Of a stretch of DNA of 64,000 bases, positions 12,249 through 25,483 are shown piece after piece. How positions within the stretch are numbered: the first letter of the stretch is position 1; every line of letters begins with the position of its first letter. Source of the stretch: Cetorhinus maximus (lineage: Eukaryota); contig NC_135896.1 in NCBI RefSeq assembly GCF_964194155.1, positions 96,100,001 through 96,164,000 of the forward strand. The letters are read 5' to 3'. The notes below the pieces were generated by a model, which saw only the letters and a list, made by a program, of their open reading frames with translations, made no database searches and was not told where the DNA came from. The position numbers and the translations under genes were made by a program.

Positions 12249-12482
12249 CAAGATAAAAGCAGATGCTGGAAATCTAGAACAAAAACCAAAAATACCTGGA
12301 AAAACTCAGCAGGTCTGACAGCATCTGCGGAGAGGGACACAGTTAATGTTTCGAGTCTGGATGACCCTTCATCTTCTTCATCCTCTGTTGAAGAGTCATA
12401 CGGACTCAAAACGTTAACTGTATCCCTCTCCGCAGATGCTGTCAAACCTGCTGAGTTTTTCCAGGTATTTTTTGTTTTAGTT
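12249..12482. mobile_element. Fold-back Penelope-derived insertion (two outward 3' tails)
   Basis: Minus arm ~12252-12373 and plus arm ~12384-12480. 13-bp TSD CTCCTCTGACAGC at 12236-12248 and 12483-12495. Confidence 0.88.
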
Positions 12483-12767
12483 CTCCTCTGACAGCTGCTA
12501 GCTTTTTGTAATGAATTTCCAGGATAGGCATAGATCAGTGGTTTTTGCCGTTGTAGGTAGCCTGAATTTAATGCTGACAGAAATGTGTTTTTATTGTAAT
12601 GTGTTTTTATTCCAGTGTGCACCTGGCTAATTTGCCATTAGCCTCAACTTCAAACATGGCCCTTATGATTGAATTGAACCACCAGCTGAATTAAAAGTCA
12701 ACAAGGTTCAGATTAAAGGGATTGAGAATTATAACAGAAAACATTTTCATTTTAAAAAATGATCATT

Positions 12768-13095
12768 TTTATGCATTCATGGGATGTGTATCTCACTGGC
12801 TGGGCCAGCATTTATTGTCCATCCCTAATTGCCCTTGAGAAGGTGGTGGTGAGCTGCCTTCTTGAACCGCTGCAGTCCATGTGGTGTAGGTACACCCACA
12901 GTGCTGTTAGGGAGGGAGTTCCAGGATTTTGACCCAGCGACAGTGAAGGAACGGCGATATATTTCCAAGTCAGAATGGTGTGTGACTTGGAGGGGAACTT
13001 CCAGGTGGTGGTGTTCCCATCTACCTGCTGCCCTTGTCCTTCTAGATGGTAGCAGTTGTGGGTTATGGATGGTGCTGTCGAAGGAGCCTTGGTGA
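12768..13095 (-). mobile_element. LINE family A 3' fragment
   Basis: Encodes ...SWNSLPNSTVGVPTPHGLQRFKKAAHHHLLKGN* followed by a short 3'UTR. Confidence 0.78.
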
Positions 13096-13239
13096 GTGCA
13101 TCTCAAGACTCCATCTTGGTCACTTTGGAGGATTACTGGTGTCTAACTCTGCTGCCAGAAATCACCCTCACCACACTTCAATTTCAAAGGCAAGTTCCTG
13201 CCAATAACACACTGATGTGTGAACTTGCCTTTATTACAC

Positions 13240-13610
13240 CTGGAACATAATAATAGGAGGAAGCCATTCAGCCCCTCGAATCTGTTCCATCATTCAATTC
13301 GATCGTGGTTGATCTGTATCTTAACTCCATCTAACCACCTTGATTCTCTCTTAATACTCCCACCTAACAAAAATCCATTGGTCTCCCTTTGGGATTTTCA
13401 TTGTCCACCACTCCCCCAGCCTCAAAAGCTTTTTGGGGAGAGAGAGAGTTCCAGATTTCCACTCCCCTTTGTGTGAAGGAGTGTTTTCTGACATCACCCC
13501 TGAAAACGTTAGCTCTGATTTTAAGGTGATGTCTCTGTGATCTTCATTCCCCTGCCAGAGGGGATAGCTTCTCTCTATCTACCCTTTGAGATCATTTAAT
13601 CATCTTAAAG
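13240..13610 (-). mobile_element. CR1-type LINE 3' fragment
   Basis: GCCATTCAGCCCCTCGA..CCATCATTCAAT..GATC 3'UTR hallmark shared with 44365, 56345 and 58265. Confidence 0.65.
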
Positions 13611-13810
13611 GAGGTTTTGTGCTGCAGTGTCCTGGCCTTTGACCCAAAAGCTCTGGGTTCAAGTCCCACCCCAGGACTTTATGTCCAAGGAAGGTGTGTT
13701 CATAACGTGGTCAAACAGGCTGACTATCAACATGTAAATCCTTCCAACACACACCAATGGCAGGCGCTAAGAGCAGGAGAGATTCCTGGTCAGCCCTGTG
13801 ATGGAAGGAA
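13610..13810 (+). mobile_element. tRNA-derived SINE
   Basis: B-box GGTTCAAGTCC at ~13656-13666. A second copy lies at 8355-8555 (-). Confidence 0.6.
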
Positions 13811-16767
13811 CTGTAGTAGTAGGGTCTGGTACGCAAAGAGTTAATGTGGGGCTGAGTACAGTACCACCCACAGTGATGTAAGGAGGCACATGACCCAGAG
13901 CCAGGGTCAGTCTAGAGATGGACAGAGATGGGTAAAGACCTTGTCTGGAGCCAGCTCCATACCTGTACCCTCGACTGTAAAAATGTACATAGTTCTGGGT
14001 TGCTGATAAAGACTGGCTGTCACATACTCCAGGCTATGAGGCCTACTTCATGGGGTCTGAAGTCAGATTCTTCTGGAGGCTCCACCATCACTATCCATAG
14101 CTCCAGGCTACAACATGCATGTAAAAGTCTACTTTGCCCACAGTAACTTGGACTCCCCGTGTGAACTGTAACACACCGCCAATCATTTCAAACACCTCAA
14201 TCAGATAGATCACCCCTTCATCTTCTATATTCAGAGAAATACAAGCCAAGCCTATGAGACCTGTCTTCATAATTTAACCCTTTCAACCCTGGTATCAATC
14301 TGGTGACTCCACACTGTTAAAGAAGCAAAAACAGACAAGGAAAACCTTTCTCAGGCAGTTAGGGTTGGGGTCGGGAATGCTCTGCCTGAGAGTGTGGTGA
14401 AGGCAGATTCAATTGAAGCATTCAAGAGGGAATTAGGCTGTTACCTGAACAGGAGGGATGTGCAACGTTACAGGGAGAAGACGCCTCTCCACAGCCTGTA
14501 TGAGTTTACCTGAGGTGTGGTGTTGAGTTTTGGATGCAGTGTTCTGGATGATGTCTCACCACAGGGCTCTGTACAATTGTAAAATATTACCCACCTCTTC
14601 CTGCTATCTTGAGATAAAGGCCAACATTCCATGAGCATTTTTAAGTTTATTTTTTGTACCTATTCACCAGCTTGATATAATTTCCTGCACTTGGTCCCCT
14701 ATTTACAAGACACTCTGATCTCTCTTTCCTAGACATGGTTCCTCACACAAACGGAGAGAAACATAAACTGGAGAGGAGAGAGTCGAGCAACTGATCAGAG
14801 GGAGGGAGAGCAATGAAACAGCACGACAGAAAGAGAAACACAAACTGGCAGAGAGTGATATAGACAGGGGGAAAGAGGGAGGAGTGCAAACTGGGGGAGG
14901 GTGTGAAAGTAACACAAGCTCAGGAAAGAGAGAGAGAAACACAAACTGGGGGGGGGAGAGAGAGAGAGAGAGGTTAACAGAGAGGAAAATAGGAGAGGGA
15001 GGAAGAGCGAAACAAACATAGAGGGACAGTGACACAAATTGAGGGAGGGAGAGTTCCTGTCAGCCTGTGGCGTGCACTGTTATTTAATGTGTTTTGTTCC
15101 CGTGCTCAGGCAACTTTGATTCTTCCTGAGGAATAAGCCCCAATTTCCTGAAGGTGTGTTTCAGTGCTGGGGTACAGGAGTCAGTGATTTGAATTAGTTT
15201 TGGTTTTATTTATTATCTCTGACTTTAAGGTTATGTCCCTGTGTTCTCCATTCCCCTGCCAAAGGGAAGAGTTTCTCTCTGTCTACCCTTTAAGATCATT
15301 TAATCATCTTAAAGGAGGTTTTGTGCTGCAGTGTCCTGGCCTTTGACCCAGAAGCTCCGGGTTCAAGTCCCAGACTTTGCTGTACAAAGTTAGAAACACT
15401 GGTCAAAAGCTTCAGTTAGATGTTATACTTTCCAATGATGCTTTTGTTGAAACAGTGATATTTACTTGGTGTTTCTCATTGCATTGATATTGTAGAATCA
15501 GGGAACTAGGTTTTAATGAAAACATCATTCAATCTTTCTTTTTAATGTGCTTTTAATGTCCTTTCATTTACAAATTACATTATTCATCTCAGTGTAAAAA
15601 AAGGGAAATATTTTGTTTGGGGCTTGGTGGTACTGAGACATTCACTAAAAGTGCATGCAACAGTATTTGCAAATGTGGTCAAATGTCACATGACAAAATC
15701 TCCAGGAATATATCAAATCAGAGTTGGCAGCCCTATTGTTAGCTCCAAAATGGATGACCTCCGACCTTTCCACATTGAACTCAATCCTCCACTGTTTGGT
15801 CTACTCCACCAAGTTATCCCTTTCCAATGTTCTGCACCACCCCCATCTACAATACTTACTGTGCCTTATCTAACTTAGTGTCATAAGTTTAGAATTGGCT
15901 TCCAAGAGGATGTGCCAATATACCTCACAAATATATATATAAAGACTCACAAGTAAATAATATGTCACATCTCAGAAATATACCAATTACTTTCAAATAG
16001 AATCCTGTCATAAACAACAGCCACATTTCACACAGCAATTCACACAGCAAGCTCCCACAAGCACTTACATGGGCTGGTGTCCCTCGAGTTGGGTGGGGGG
16101 TGGAGGGGGAATGCTGTCCAGGTGAGCAACCCTGGAGCTCCTGTCCTCCAGTCAGCTCCCAAAGTGACCTGCCCCATATTTTAAGGGATTGCCCCTTATT
16201 TTGACTGGCTGCCCTGCTACCCCTAAGAGACGCCTTTTCTCCCTTATTTCGGGAATACTGACCCTTGGGGTCTCCAGGATGAGTTTGAGCGATTTGACCA
16301 GGACCTGCTCGTGAGTGAGTGGGCGAGGAGAGTAACAGATTAGTTGTCATTTTTTGTTAATTTTAATTACCCCCTCCACCCCACCACCCCCCAGCCCACC
16401 CCATTATGATGTTTCCAAGATGCCCCCTCTCCCCAACCCCTCTCATGTTGAAACCCCCCCTCCCCATCAGATGAGCTGCACCCCTCTCCCCCAGGCTGCA
16501 GGGTCCAAGTGTCCTTCATTTTATTTCCTAAGAGTTAAGGTCACCTTGTGCCATATGGAATTTTATAACATCAACTTGCACCAATAATTTAAAAAAAAGC
16601 AACATAAGAATTAGATGGTGTTGCAGGTGCTGCTGAGCCAAAAATAAGAGCTGGAATGAGGTTTATGTTTGTAAACATGTGTATCTGGTCCCAGAGTTAA
16701 GGCTTTGCTGAATGTTATGATCTGAACAGAAGAACAAATCCTATCAGGAGCTGGGGGCAGTGCCTAC

Positions 16768-17057
16768 ACCGGCCTGAGTCCTCCGGCTGGGAGGACCGAG
16801 CCATCCCGGCGTGCCGCGGGCCCCGTGTGGGTTGAGTCCTCCGGCTGGGAGGACCGAGCCATCCCGGCGTGCCGCGGGCCAATGCCGGGTTGAGTCCTCC
16901 GGCTGGGAGGACCGTGCCATCCCGGCGTGCCGCGGGCCCCATGCCGGGTTGAGTCCTCCGGCTGGGAGGACCGTGCCATCCCGGCGTGCCGCGGGCCCCA
17001 TGCCGGGTTGAGTCCTCCGGCTGGGAGGACCGAGCCATCCCGGCGTGCCGCGGGCCC
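16768..17057. repeat. 58-59 bp GC-rich minisatellite, 5 copies, in KATNBL1 promoter CpG island
   Basis: TGAGTCCTCCGGCTGGGAGGACCG.. recurs at 16775, 16833, 16891, 16950 and 17009. Confidence 0.95.
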
Positions 17058-17202
17058 GCTTTGAATGGCGCAGCTTCAGGTGAGGAGAGTGGCGGCCGGT
17101 GGGGCCCGTTAGCGGCTGATAGAGGCGAGGGGAAGCGGGGAGGAGGAGGAGGGACTGATTCTAACCGCTCGCAATCCCACTGAAATACTGTAAAATGTTC
17201 AG
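17058..17202 (+). promoter_or_regulatory. KATNBL1: Probable KATNBL1 TSS region / non-coding exon 1
   Basis: Clearest CpG island upstream of the first coding exon. Strong donor CAG|GTAAGT at 17202/17203. The exon 5' end is not determinable. Confidence 0.6.
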
Positions 17203-18931
17203 GTAAGTGACTTCCCTCCCGGAGGCTTCGCACTTGTGTAGTTTCTGCCGGGCAGGGAGATTGGGATTAACAGGAGGGGAGGGGGGGAGGGTAATTTCTT
17301 ATTTTTAATCTAAATGTATTTGTTGAACGTTTATAAACCCCTTGCGTCGGCCAACATTCTTGGGATCAGTGTAAACTAACTTGTCATTACCGGCTAAGAC
17401 CCAAAGCATAACCATTTATGTAATTTTTTGTAGGATTAATATTATAATAAAGCCTGAAAATGTCCCATTTTAAAATGTGGGAACTCATTCAACTATTATC
17501 TCAATTATCCCCAAAGAGCTGCCAGATCTCAGTAAGAAATTCGTTTGGGTCCATTTTGTTTGCCTGGCTGGGAGTGGCACTAAGGGAAGTCTGTATAAAA
17601 AGGGTAAGGTTATCAAATACCATTTTGTGAAATTGGTGGCTGGCAGATCGTCTACTGTTTGACAACTGTTGTTTTCTTTGTAGCTGCTGGGAATACAGAA
17701 TGCACGTTTAAAGTGTTTGTTACAAACCTGTGAGTGGCTTTGCAAGCTAACATTTTCAAACCTATTTCCAAAACAAACCTGTTCACAATTTTCGAAACTG
17801 GCGTCATGTTGTAAGCGTGAGTTAGTCACTGCTGTTGCCCTGGAGTCCTTTATTATTATTTTTTTTGAGGACCTGAGTTTTTCCTTTCATTCACGCTGAA
17901 TAATGTGGATGAACAGAACTGAGTGGTGAAAGCTAAAGGCAGTGGTGGTTGTGTGGGTAAGGTCTTCCACACTACTTTAGGTTTCTGAAGCAGTTTCACT
18001 GTTGCTCACTAGCTTTTGGATACATTGGAAGAAGGTGAGGTCGAATAGGATTTCTAAATGCCTTTACTTGTTTAGTGGGGAAGTATGTGCACATAACTGG
18101 TAACAAATCACTGCGCTTCAGGTGGGTGGTACCATTGGAACTAGGGCAGGCAATCTACTAAATTGACGACACCAAACAGATTAACTGGCCATTAATCTCA
18201 TTGAAGTTTGTGGAATATCCCTGCAGAGCAGCTGTGTGTTTGCCTGCTTAAGTCTCTCATTGTTTGAGCTGTTTTGACTTAATGTGCTACATGTATAAGT
18301 TATTAAATGTCCCCTATAACTGGGACATTTGTAATTCGAGGAAGGTATCATTCCCAAACCCCAGAGTGATGTGACTGGGCTACAACTGAACAATGATACT
18401 CCACTTTTGATATATGGATGTAATTTGTCAATTGTGTACTTAATAAAATTAACATTGCAACTAGAGCATTCATCCTTGCACCGGCTGTCAGGTTGAAGCA
18501 GAGAAAATCGCTGATAGGGGTCGTCTCTTAACACCTGATTCTGACGTGCTTGAGTCAGCTGAAGATTTGGCTCAGTTCCACCAAAGCCTTTCACAATAAT
18601 GTGAAAACAGCACATGTAAATCGCTGATCTTCAATTCTGTCTTAAAATGTGGTCTGATTCCATTGAATGTAGTATTCTTGTAACATGCTCCTACATAGTT
18701 ACAGACTGCTTGGTATATTGATGGTTAAAGAACACCTGATTGTTTATGACATTAACTTTGACCTCTTTTCAATGTAGAGTTGTCACTTTTTCCTGTATAG
18801 TGTTTCTGATCCTTTCCTAACCTCTGCCATTTCCAAATCACTATACTAACTCAAGGATAATTGAAACACAAACTAGATGCAGTATTTTTGTTTCTTGGAG
18901 CTGCTGGTGATCGTTTGTCTCGGCGCTCTGC

Positions 18932-19062
18932 AAAAATTAAAAAAAAACAGAAAATGCAGGAAAAACTCAGCAGCCATGTGGCCAGATACTGCCAGACCTG
19001 AGTTTTTCCAGCATTTTCTGTTTTTGTTTCAGATTTCCATCATCCGCAGTATTTTGCTTTTA
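18932..19062. mobile_element. Short fold-back Penelope tail pair
   Basis: GGAAAAACTCAGCAG (minus arm) facing CTGAGTTTTTCCAGC..TTTTGCTTTT (plus arm). Confidence 0.7.
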
Positions 19063-19479
19063 TCTTATTGCAGTATTAAGTATCCAGCTCTAATGTGACC
19101 ATTACAGAACTGTATTCAGCGAGTGGGTCTGTCTTTTGACTTTGTGATAGTGGTAACCTTGTCTGACAGGGGAGGAAGTAGGCTTCAGAGATCTTTACCT
19201 AAATACCATGTGGAAAATAAAAATAATTCTCTTTTCCACTTTAACTAAAACATTTCTAGTGTGTTGTGTGCCACTTTTGTTCTCTCTCTCTCTCTTCCCC
19301 CCACCCTCTCCCCCCACCCATTTTGGTGAAGTACTTGGCTTTTGTTCAATACTTTTGCAAGATATACAGTTGCTAGAGAAAAAGCAAAATACTGCAGATG
19401 CTGAGCATCTGAAATAGGAACTGCAAATGCTGCAAGGACTCAGCAGGTTGGTAGCATCTACGAGAAAACAGAGCTTAGG

Positions 19480-20030
19480 GCCTACCGGACAGCTGAAAGC
19501 ACAGCCTCCCAGTGGAGGAGCAGTTAAAATCAGGGTTGCTCAAGAGGCCAGAACCAGATGAGCATAGATATCGCGGAGGATTATGGGGCTGGACAAGATG
19601 ACGGAGATGGGGAGGAGCGAGGCCATGGAGGCATTTGAAACCAAGGATGAAAGATTTAGAATTGAGGCATTGATTGACCAGGAGCTGGTTTCAGCCAGCA
19701 TGCATACGGTTGGTGGATGAACGGAATTTGTTGCGAGTAAGGACACTGGCAGCTGAGTTTTGGATGATCTCGGTTTTGTGAAGGGTAGAAAGTGAGAGAC
19801 CAGCCAGGAGTGTGTTGGTATAGTCAAGTCTGGAAATACGAAAGCACGGATGAGGGTTTCAGCAGCAGATGAGCTAAAATGGGTGGAGTTGGGCGATGTA
19901 ACGGAGATGGAAATGGGTGGTCTTGGCCATGGCACAGATATGCAGTCAGAATCTCATCTCAGGATCAAGTATAACACTGATGATGTGAACTGTCCGGTTC
20001 CGTGTCTCACGTTTGCCAGGGAGAGGGATT
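19480..20030 (-). mobile_element. L2-like LINE ORF2 fragment
   Basis: Minus strand encodes SSSAAETLIRAFV, resembling the L2 AETLIHAFVTSRLDY motif. A related fragment lies at ~33560-34145. Confidence 0.65.
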
Positions 20031-20099
20031 GAATGGGGAGCAGGGATTGTAAACAATGGTCCATTATTTTTAAATCTACAACTAATACCTTGTCAATCT

Positions 20100-20422
20100 T
20101 TCCACCCCACCCCCACTAGAGCTGTACCTTGAGTGTCCTGCCATCCATTCTTAATTAGCACTTTTCTTAGATAATATCACCACCTTCAACACCTCTTTGA
20201 TCCTTTTGTCTGTGACATCTTTTGATTATCTGCTCCTATCACTGCTTCCTTGTCCCTACAACCACCCCCCACCCCCCACCTTAAACCAGCTTATACTTCA
20301 CCCCTCTCCTAACTATACTTCAGTTCTGTTGAAGGGTCGTGTGGACCCGAAACATCGACTGTTTTCTTCTCCACCGATGCTGCCAGACCTGCTGAGTTTT
20401 TCCAGGTAATTCTGTTTTTGTT
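20100..20422 (+). mobile_element. Penelope-like element 3'UTR fragment with hammerhead motif
   Basis: Collinear with 55550-55860. HHR-like motif at 20321-20361. Confidence 0.8.
20321..20361 (+). ncRNA. Minimal type I hammerhead ribozyme-like motif
   Basis: CAGTT-CTGTTGA-A-GGGTC-GTGTG-GACCC-GAAAC-ATC-GACTG: stem I, variant core, perfect 5-bp stem II, GAAA. Confidence 0.6.
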
Positions 20423-21619
20423 ATGGCTTCAAGCTTCCTGACATTTAAATTGAGGAAATTCCTGCTGGTTGTCAGACAAATAACCTAATAATTTGGTGAC
20501 AATAGAGGCATTGGAGGCCTTAGCACACATGGAAACTGACACTGTTTTCAGGTGATGTTGTGGAGGGGGGCAGCATGTAGGTGAGAAGCAGGAGGGGAAC
20601 AAGGATTGATCCTCGGTAGACACCAGAGCTAACTACAAAAGTAAGAAGAGAAACCGTTGCAAGTGGCACTCCAGCTATGATTAGAAATAGAAATGGGGAG
20701 GGAAACAAAGATGAAATGAGCGGAAAAAGATTAACACGAGAAAAAGTCAAAATTTTCCATTTTCTAAATTCACAAATTAACTAAATCAATGAAGTTTAAC
20801 ACTTGTAATAGTTAATTTTCAGTGTCAGGGAGAGTTTTCCTGGTTGTAATGAACAATTATCAGGCTATTTAAAGGCACTTAAGCTGCAATGGACATGACT
20901 TAACTTTCTGCGTTGAGGTTTATTTTGTATCTCCTCAGATACAATAACTTTGTGCCATTCAATTCAGTGCATTGGAATGATGAGTCAGATATCAAAAAGC
21001 CATTGTCATGAAGCTTTACTGAGCATTGCGATTTGGAGGGCAGCTTTTGGACATTTGAGTTAACGGTGCATTTGCCCATCAACTTTACTATTTGTACATA
21101 AAGAGCAGCAAGCATTTTTTGACAGGAAAATCTGGGTCATTATCACATTATTGTCACATGTTCTTTCTTCCCCCTTTTGTTCTCTTTCTGCTTTCTTTCT
21201 GTTTATTAGGGTCTGCAGAGCACACATGTAGCTGATCTCCACTATACGTGATCTCAGATTTCAGTGACACCCTGCAGTTGTCCTAGATCTAGCAGGCAGT
21301 TATTTTTTTTCCTTTTCCTGTATGACAGCTGTTCTTTGAGGGTGTGAATATCCATATAATTAGAATTAGTGAAGCACAATCTTTAAGGCTGATATAGCAG
21401 CTTCGAATTTCTCCATAGTTTTTTTTTTCTCAGCCATTTTCTTTCCACTGAAAGTATTTGTGTGGTCTCTTGCCCACGTGTCCAGTATTCAGATGCGAGA
21501 AGGTTATTGGAAGAATTCACAGTTCCAAAATTGACAAGGAATTGTGCTCTTACTATATATTTCTCATATGCAGTGTTAAAGCATTCCTTTTGTCTTAGCA
21601 GCTGAAAGACAGCTGGAAC

Positions 21620-22510
21620 TTCACCAATGGCCTTCCCTCCATCATATGATCAGAGGTGGGGAGGTTTGGTGATGAATGTGTAGTGTTCAGTGCCGATTGC
21701 AATTCCTCATGATAAAGCAGTCCATTTCCACATGCAGCAAGACCCAAACAACATCCAGTCTTGGCCTGATAACATTTGCACCACACAAGTGCCAGGCAAT
21801 GATCACCTCTCAGAAGAGAGTCTGGCCACCTTCCCTTGACATTCAATTACCATCACCATCATCAAATTCTCCCACCATCAACATTCTGGGTTTGGGGAGG
21901 AGGGGTGGGGCACCATTAACTGGAAACTTAAGCCCCACACATACTGTGGTTACAAGAGCAGATCAGTATCTGGGTATTCTGTGGCAAATGATTCACGCAT
22001 CTCCCCAACGTTCTTGCACCGCCTACAAGGCAGGAATCAGCATTGGGGTGGAGTTCTCTCCACTCGCCTGGACGAGTGCAGGTTCAAGTCAAGGAACCAA
22101 TGCTGTTTAAGACAAAGTAGCCAGGTTGGTTGCCATTGCATCCACCACCTTAAGCATTCACTTCCTGCACCGCCAGCACAACATGGCTGCAGTATGTACC
22201 ATCTACAAGATGCGCTACAGCAAATTGCCTGGGCTTTTTCAATAGCATCTTCCAAACCTGTGGCCACTACTGGCAAGACAGGGTAGCGTGCATGCGGGAA
22301 CACCACCACCTCCAAGTCGCGCACCATCTTTCAACAAGGCTGGACCAAAATCCTGAAACTCCCTACCTTCCTAACAGCACTGTGGGAGTACCTTCACTGC
22401 CTGGACTGCTGCAGTGCATGAACACAACTCACCAGCTTTTCAAGGACAATTGGAGAAGGACAATAAATCCTTGCATTCGCATTGACTTCTATATCCTGTG
22501 AATGAATAAA
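21620..22510 (+). mobile_element. LINE family A-related fragment, degenerate
   Basis: Plus-strand homologue of the 9233/12768 sequence, ending GAATGAATAAAA. Confidence 0.65.
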
Positions 22511-23552
22511 ATAAGCTTGCCTCAAAACTATTTTAAAATATTTTCATATGTAGGCATCATAGTTAAGATCGCCACTTTACAGTGAGTGAATATTTATGTT
22601 TTTGAAAAAAATGTATTTTGGGATTTTTTTCCCTCCCGTGTTTTGGGAATTGAGTCCCCACCACAAATTGAGTCAGTGGTTTTAATCTTGCTCTGTAGTT
22701 AGGATCTAAGCGAACTGTTTCAATTATTGAAACACCGGTTTGAAGTAGCTGAGGTGTCACTCGCACATAAAAATACAAGGATTAACTTTAAATTGTTGGG
22801 AAGAATATGTAGTGCAGTATTAATTCCCCCCTTTCCAAATGGAGTACCATCAGAGTTCCCATGCAGGTCATGCACAACTTTGAGTTACTGCACAAAACAA
22901 TTGAAAGGGCCGCAAACTGCCAAATAAAAATCAGAGGGCACAGTGCTTGGCTTGCCTAAAATTGGTTGTTTTAGGCAAGATTTTAGGAGAACTATTCATA
23001 CAAGTTTAACCTTTCCTGATACGGCGCTTTCCAACATATCGATGAGTATAGCAAACTCTTGTCCTGTGGTTCCTGTGATTAAACATCGAAAGAAGGAAGT
23101 GCAAAATCATAAGCAGAAAATACGATGCCCAATTATATGATGAGCTCCAGATACATGTCATCAACAAATAAAAGGATGTGGAACAGCATCAGTAGTTTCT
23201 GAAATGACATCAGTATTTTCAAAAAAAAAGTGTAGATTTATTAAAAAGGAAACCCCAAGCGATTCTGTTCAATATGAGGTCTTGTGTCCAACATGTTTAA
23301 TTGAGGAGCAACTGCTTATTCATAGATCTTAAGATTAGGTGCATATTTGATTAAATTAATTGGTGTTTAATATTATAAACCTGCATGCTGTTGCTTATGT
23401 GTGGTCGGGGACCCTGGAGAATGGAACAGATGTGAACATGAACTTGAAATGATGCCTGAGTTGGAAGCTGGATTGGTTTGGGGTGGGGTCGGTTTCATGT
23501 TACCTTGTTAATTGCAGTGAATACAGCGACTGGGATAGGCCTGTATGGATCT

Positions 23553-24462
23553 GAAAGAAAGACAGACTTGCATTTATGTAGCACTTTTCACAGCCGCTGA
23601 TTGGCTCAGAAGCGCTTTACAGCCAATTAATTACTTTTTGATGTGTAGTTACTGTTGTAATGGAGGGGCAGAATTTTCTGGCCAGCAAGCAGGGGCGGGG
23701 CCCGCTCGCCGATGTGTAAAATGACGTGTGGTGACATCGGGCAGGCGTCCCAACGTCACCGCGCACCATTTAGATTGCCGAGTCGGCTGTGCGCCCGCCA
23801 GACTGTCAAAGGCCTATTAAGGCCATTTAAATAGTAATTAATTCAATTAGCTGAGCTGCCCATTCAACCTCAAGGTTGGTGGCAAGCGAAGAGCCCAGGT
23901 GGCCTTCACATTTTTCATGAAACCTCATCCACGGGCGAGATGAGGTTTCATGAAGTGTTTTAAAATTCAATAAAAATTTTAAAAATAATTCTTTCACATG
24001 TCTCAGCTCATGGGGCCTTAATTGGCCCGCCCACGTAAAATGGCGGCGCGTCCCCGATCAAGTCCACACCCGTAACTTGCACGACCCCTGCAACAGGGGG
24101 AAAATTCAGCCCGAGTAAACACAACAGCTAATTTGCACTCAGTAAACTCCCACAACAGCAATGTGACGATGACCAGGTAATCTGTTTTTGTGATGTTGAT
24201 TGAGGGATAAATATTGACCAGGGCACTAGGGAGAATTCCCCTGCTCTTCTTCAATATAGTGCTACGGGTTCTTTCAATTCCACCCGAGCAGGCAGATGGT
24301 GCCTTGGTTTAATGTCTCAACCAAAAAATGGCACTTCTGACAGAGCAGTGCTCCCTCAGCACTGTCTTGGAGTGCCAGCTTAGACTTTTGTACTCAAGCC
24401 CTGGAGTGCGACTTGAAACCATGACAATGTGACTCGGAGTGCTTCCAAATGAGCCACAGCTG
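23553..24462 (-). mobile_element. Near full-length Deu-domain SINE interrupted by a MITE
   Basis: Tail AAAGAAAGACAGACTTGCATTTAT, Deu core at 24180-24380, head ..GAGCCACAGCTGAC. Confidence 0.75.
23666..24112. mobile_element. 447-bp non-autonomous Harbinger element (MITE)
   Basis: TIRs GGGCAGAATTTT / AAAATTCAGCCC (11/12 match). 3-bp TSD GAG at 23663-23665 and 24113-24115. Its first ~280 bp are homologous to 58-350. Confidence 0.88.
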
Positions 24463-25483
24463 ACGCTGGGAGCAGTGAAGTATGTGGCCTGGAAATAGCA
24501 AAGTTCAGGTTTTGTGCTGAGTAGAAATTTGAGAAACTGAATCTGGAATGTTTTTTAATGAAAGGAATTTTATATGATGTGTTTGGCTTAAGTATCACCA
24601 GAGCCCCCAATTTATCCCTGTGAATGTCTATGCATCCATTTCTTAAGCACCTCAAGGCTAGAATTACAAATGTTTTCCTCCCTGCAAATCCCTGGCTCCA
24701 TGCTTCACAAGTTAGACCTTATTGAAATATAATGTCCCGTCTACTTTCCTGTGCACAGTCCTGCACCACCTCCATTGTCTGCTTACCTGATTGAACAAGG
24801 CCCAGTGAATCGCTTTTAAGATCCTAATATTTGTGTTCAGATCCTTCCATTGTCTTGCCCCATCACACCTCGATCATTTCCTCGAGCAGTATGTGCCTTC
24901 TGCCTCTAACATTGAATTACTGTATTTTCTATTTACTTCCTCAGCCATTGGTGGTTTTTCCTGCAGCCACTGTGGTCTGCCCCTCCGATATCCCCTCCAG
25001 TGTTCCCTTTGCTGTGCCTTCAAAAACCTCCTTTGAAACTCCATTTTGACTGACTTCCTCTTCTCTCCTGCTTGGAATCCCAACATTATTCTTTCCCCCT
25101 CTGCAGTGTTCAGGCAACTTTCTTATGTTATAGAAATGTAAGTGAAATTCTGTTTATGATTCCGAAACGAACGGGCTCCTTTTACATTTAATTATGCATT
25201 GTAAGGAAACTGGAGTTTTCAGATAAAAGGCTGTTTGTTAAGAATTGTTGGTAACAGGTCCAGTGGCCAGGGAGACTCTAACTCAAAGCAGTTTAGTGTC
25301 TGTGGTAAAAAGCAGAGTATCTCAGAATCTGGGTCCAAGCTGAAGAGGATGGGGCGAGGAGGATTGATTAGGGCAAACCAAGCTGGCCGAGTGGGTTGGC
25401 ATCTAACTATCTTGTTGAAGATTAATAAAAAGAGTCAATAGTAATTATTCTCATTTGTTTCTAATCTAGGATTGCAAGTGATT

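Noticed and set aside
11730-12318. ORFs spanning the N run
   Set aside because: Artefacts of the assembly gap and the GGGA tract.
12249-12482. DNA-transposon MITE interpretation of the inverted arms
   Set aside because: The arms are the 3' end of the RT/GIY-YIG element, of unequal length, with variable TSD length (12-14 bp) and different junctions between loci.
14750-15050. Hydrophobic ORFs on the - strand
   Set aside because: GA-rich low-complexity sequence.
16715-17233. Repetitive ORFs / CRISPR-like array
   Set aside because: Pure tandem units with no unique spacers and no cas genes, in a eukaryotic promoter context.
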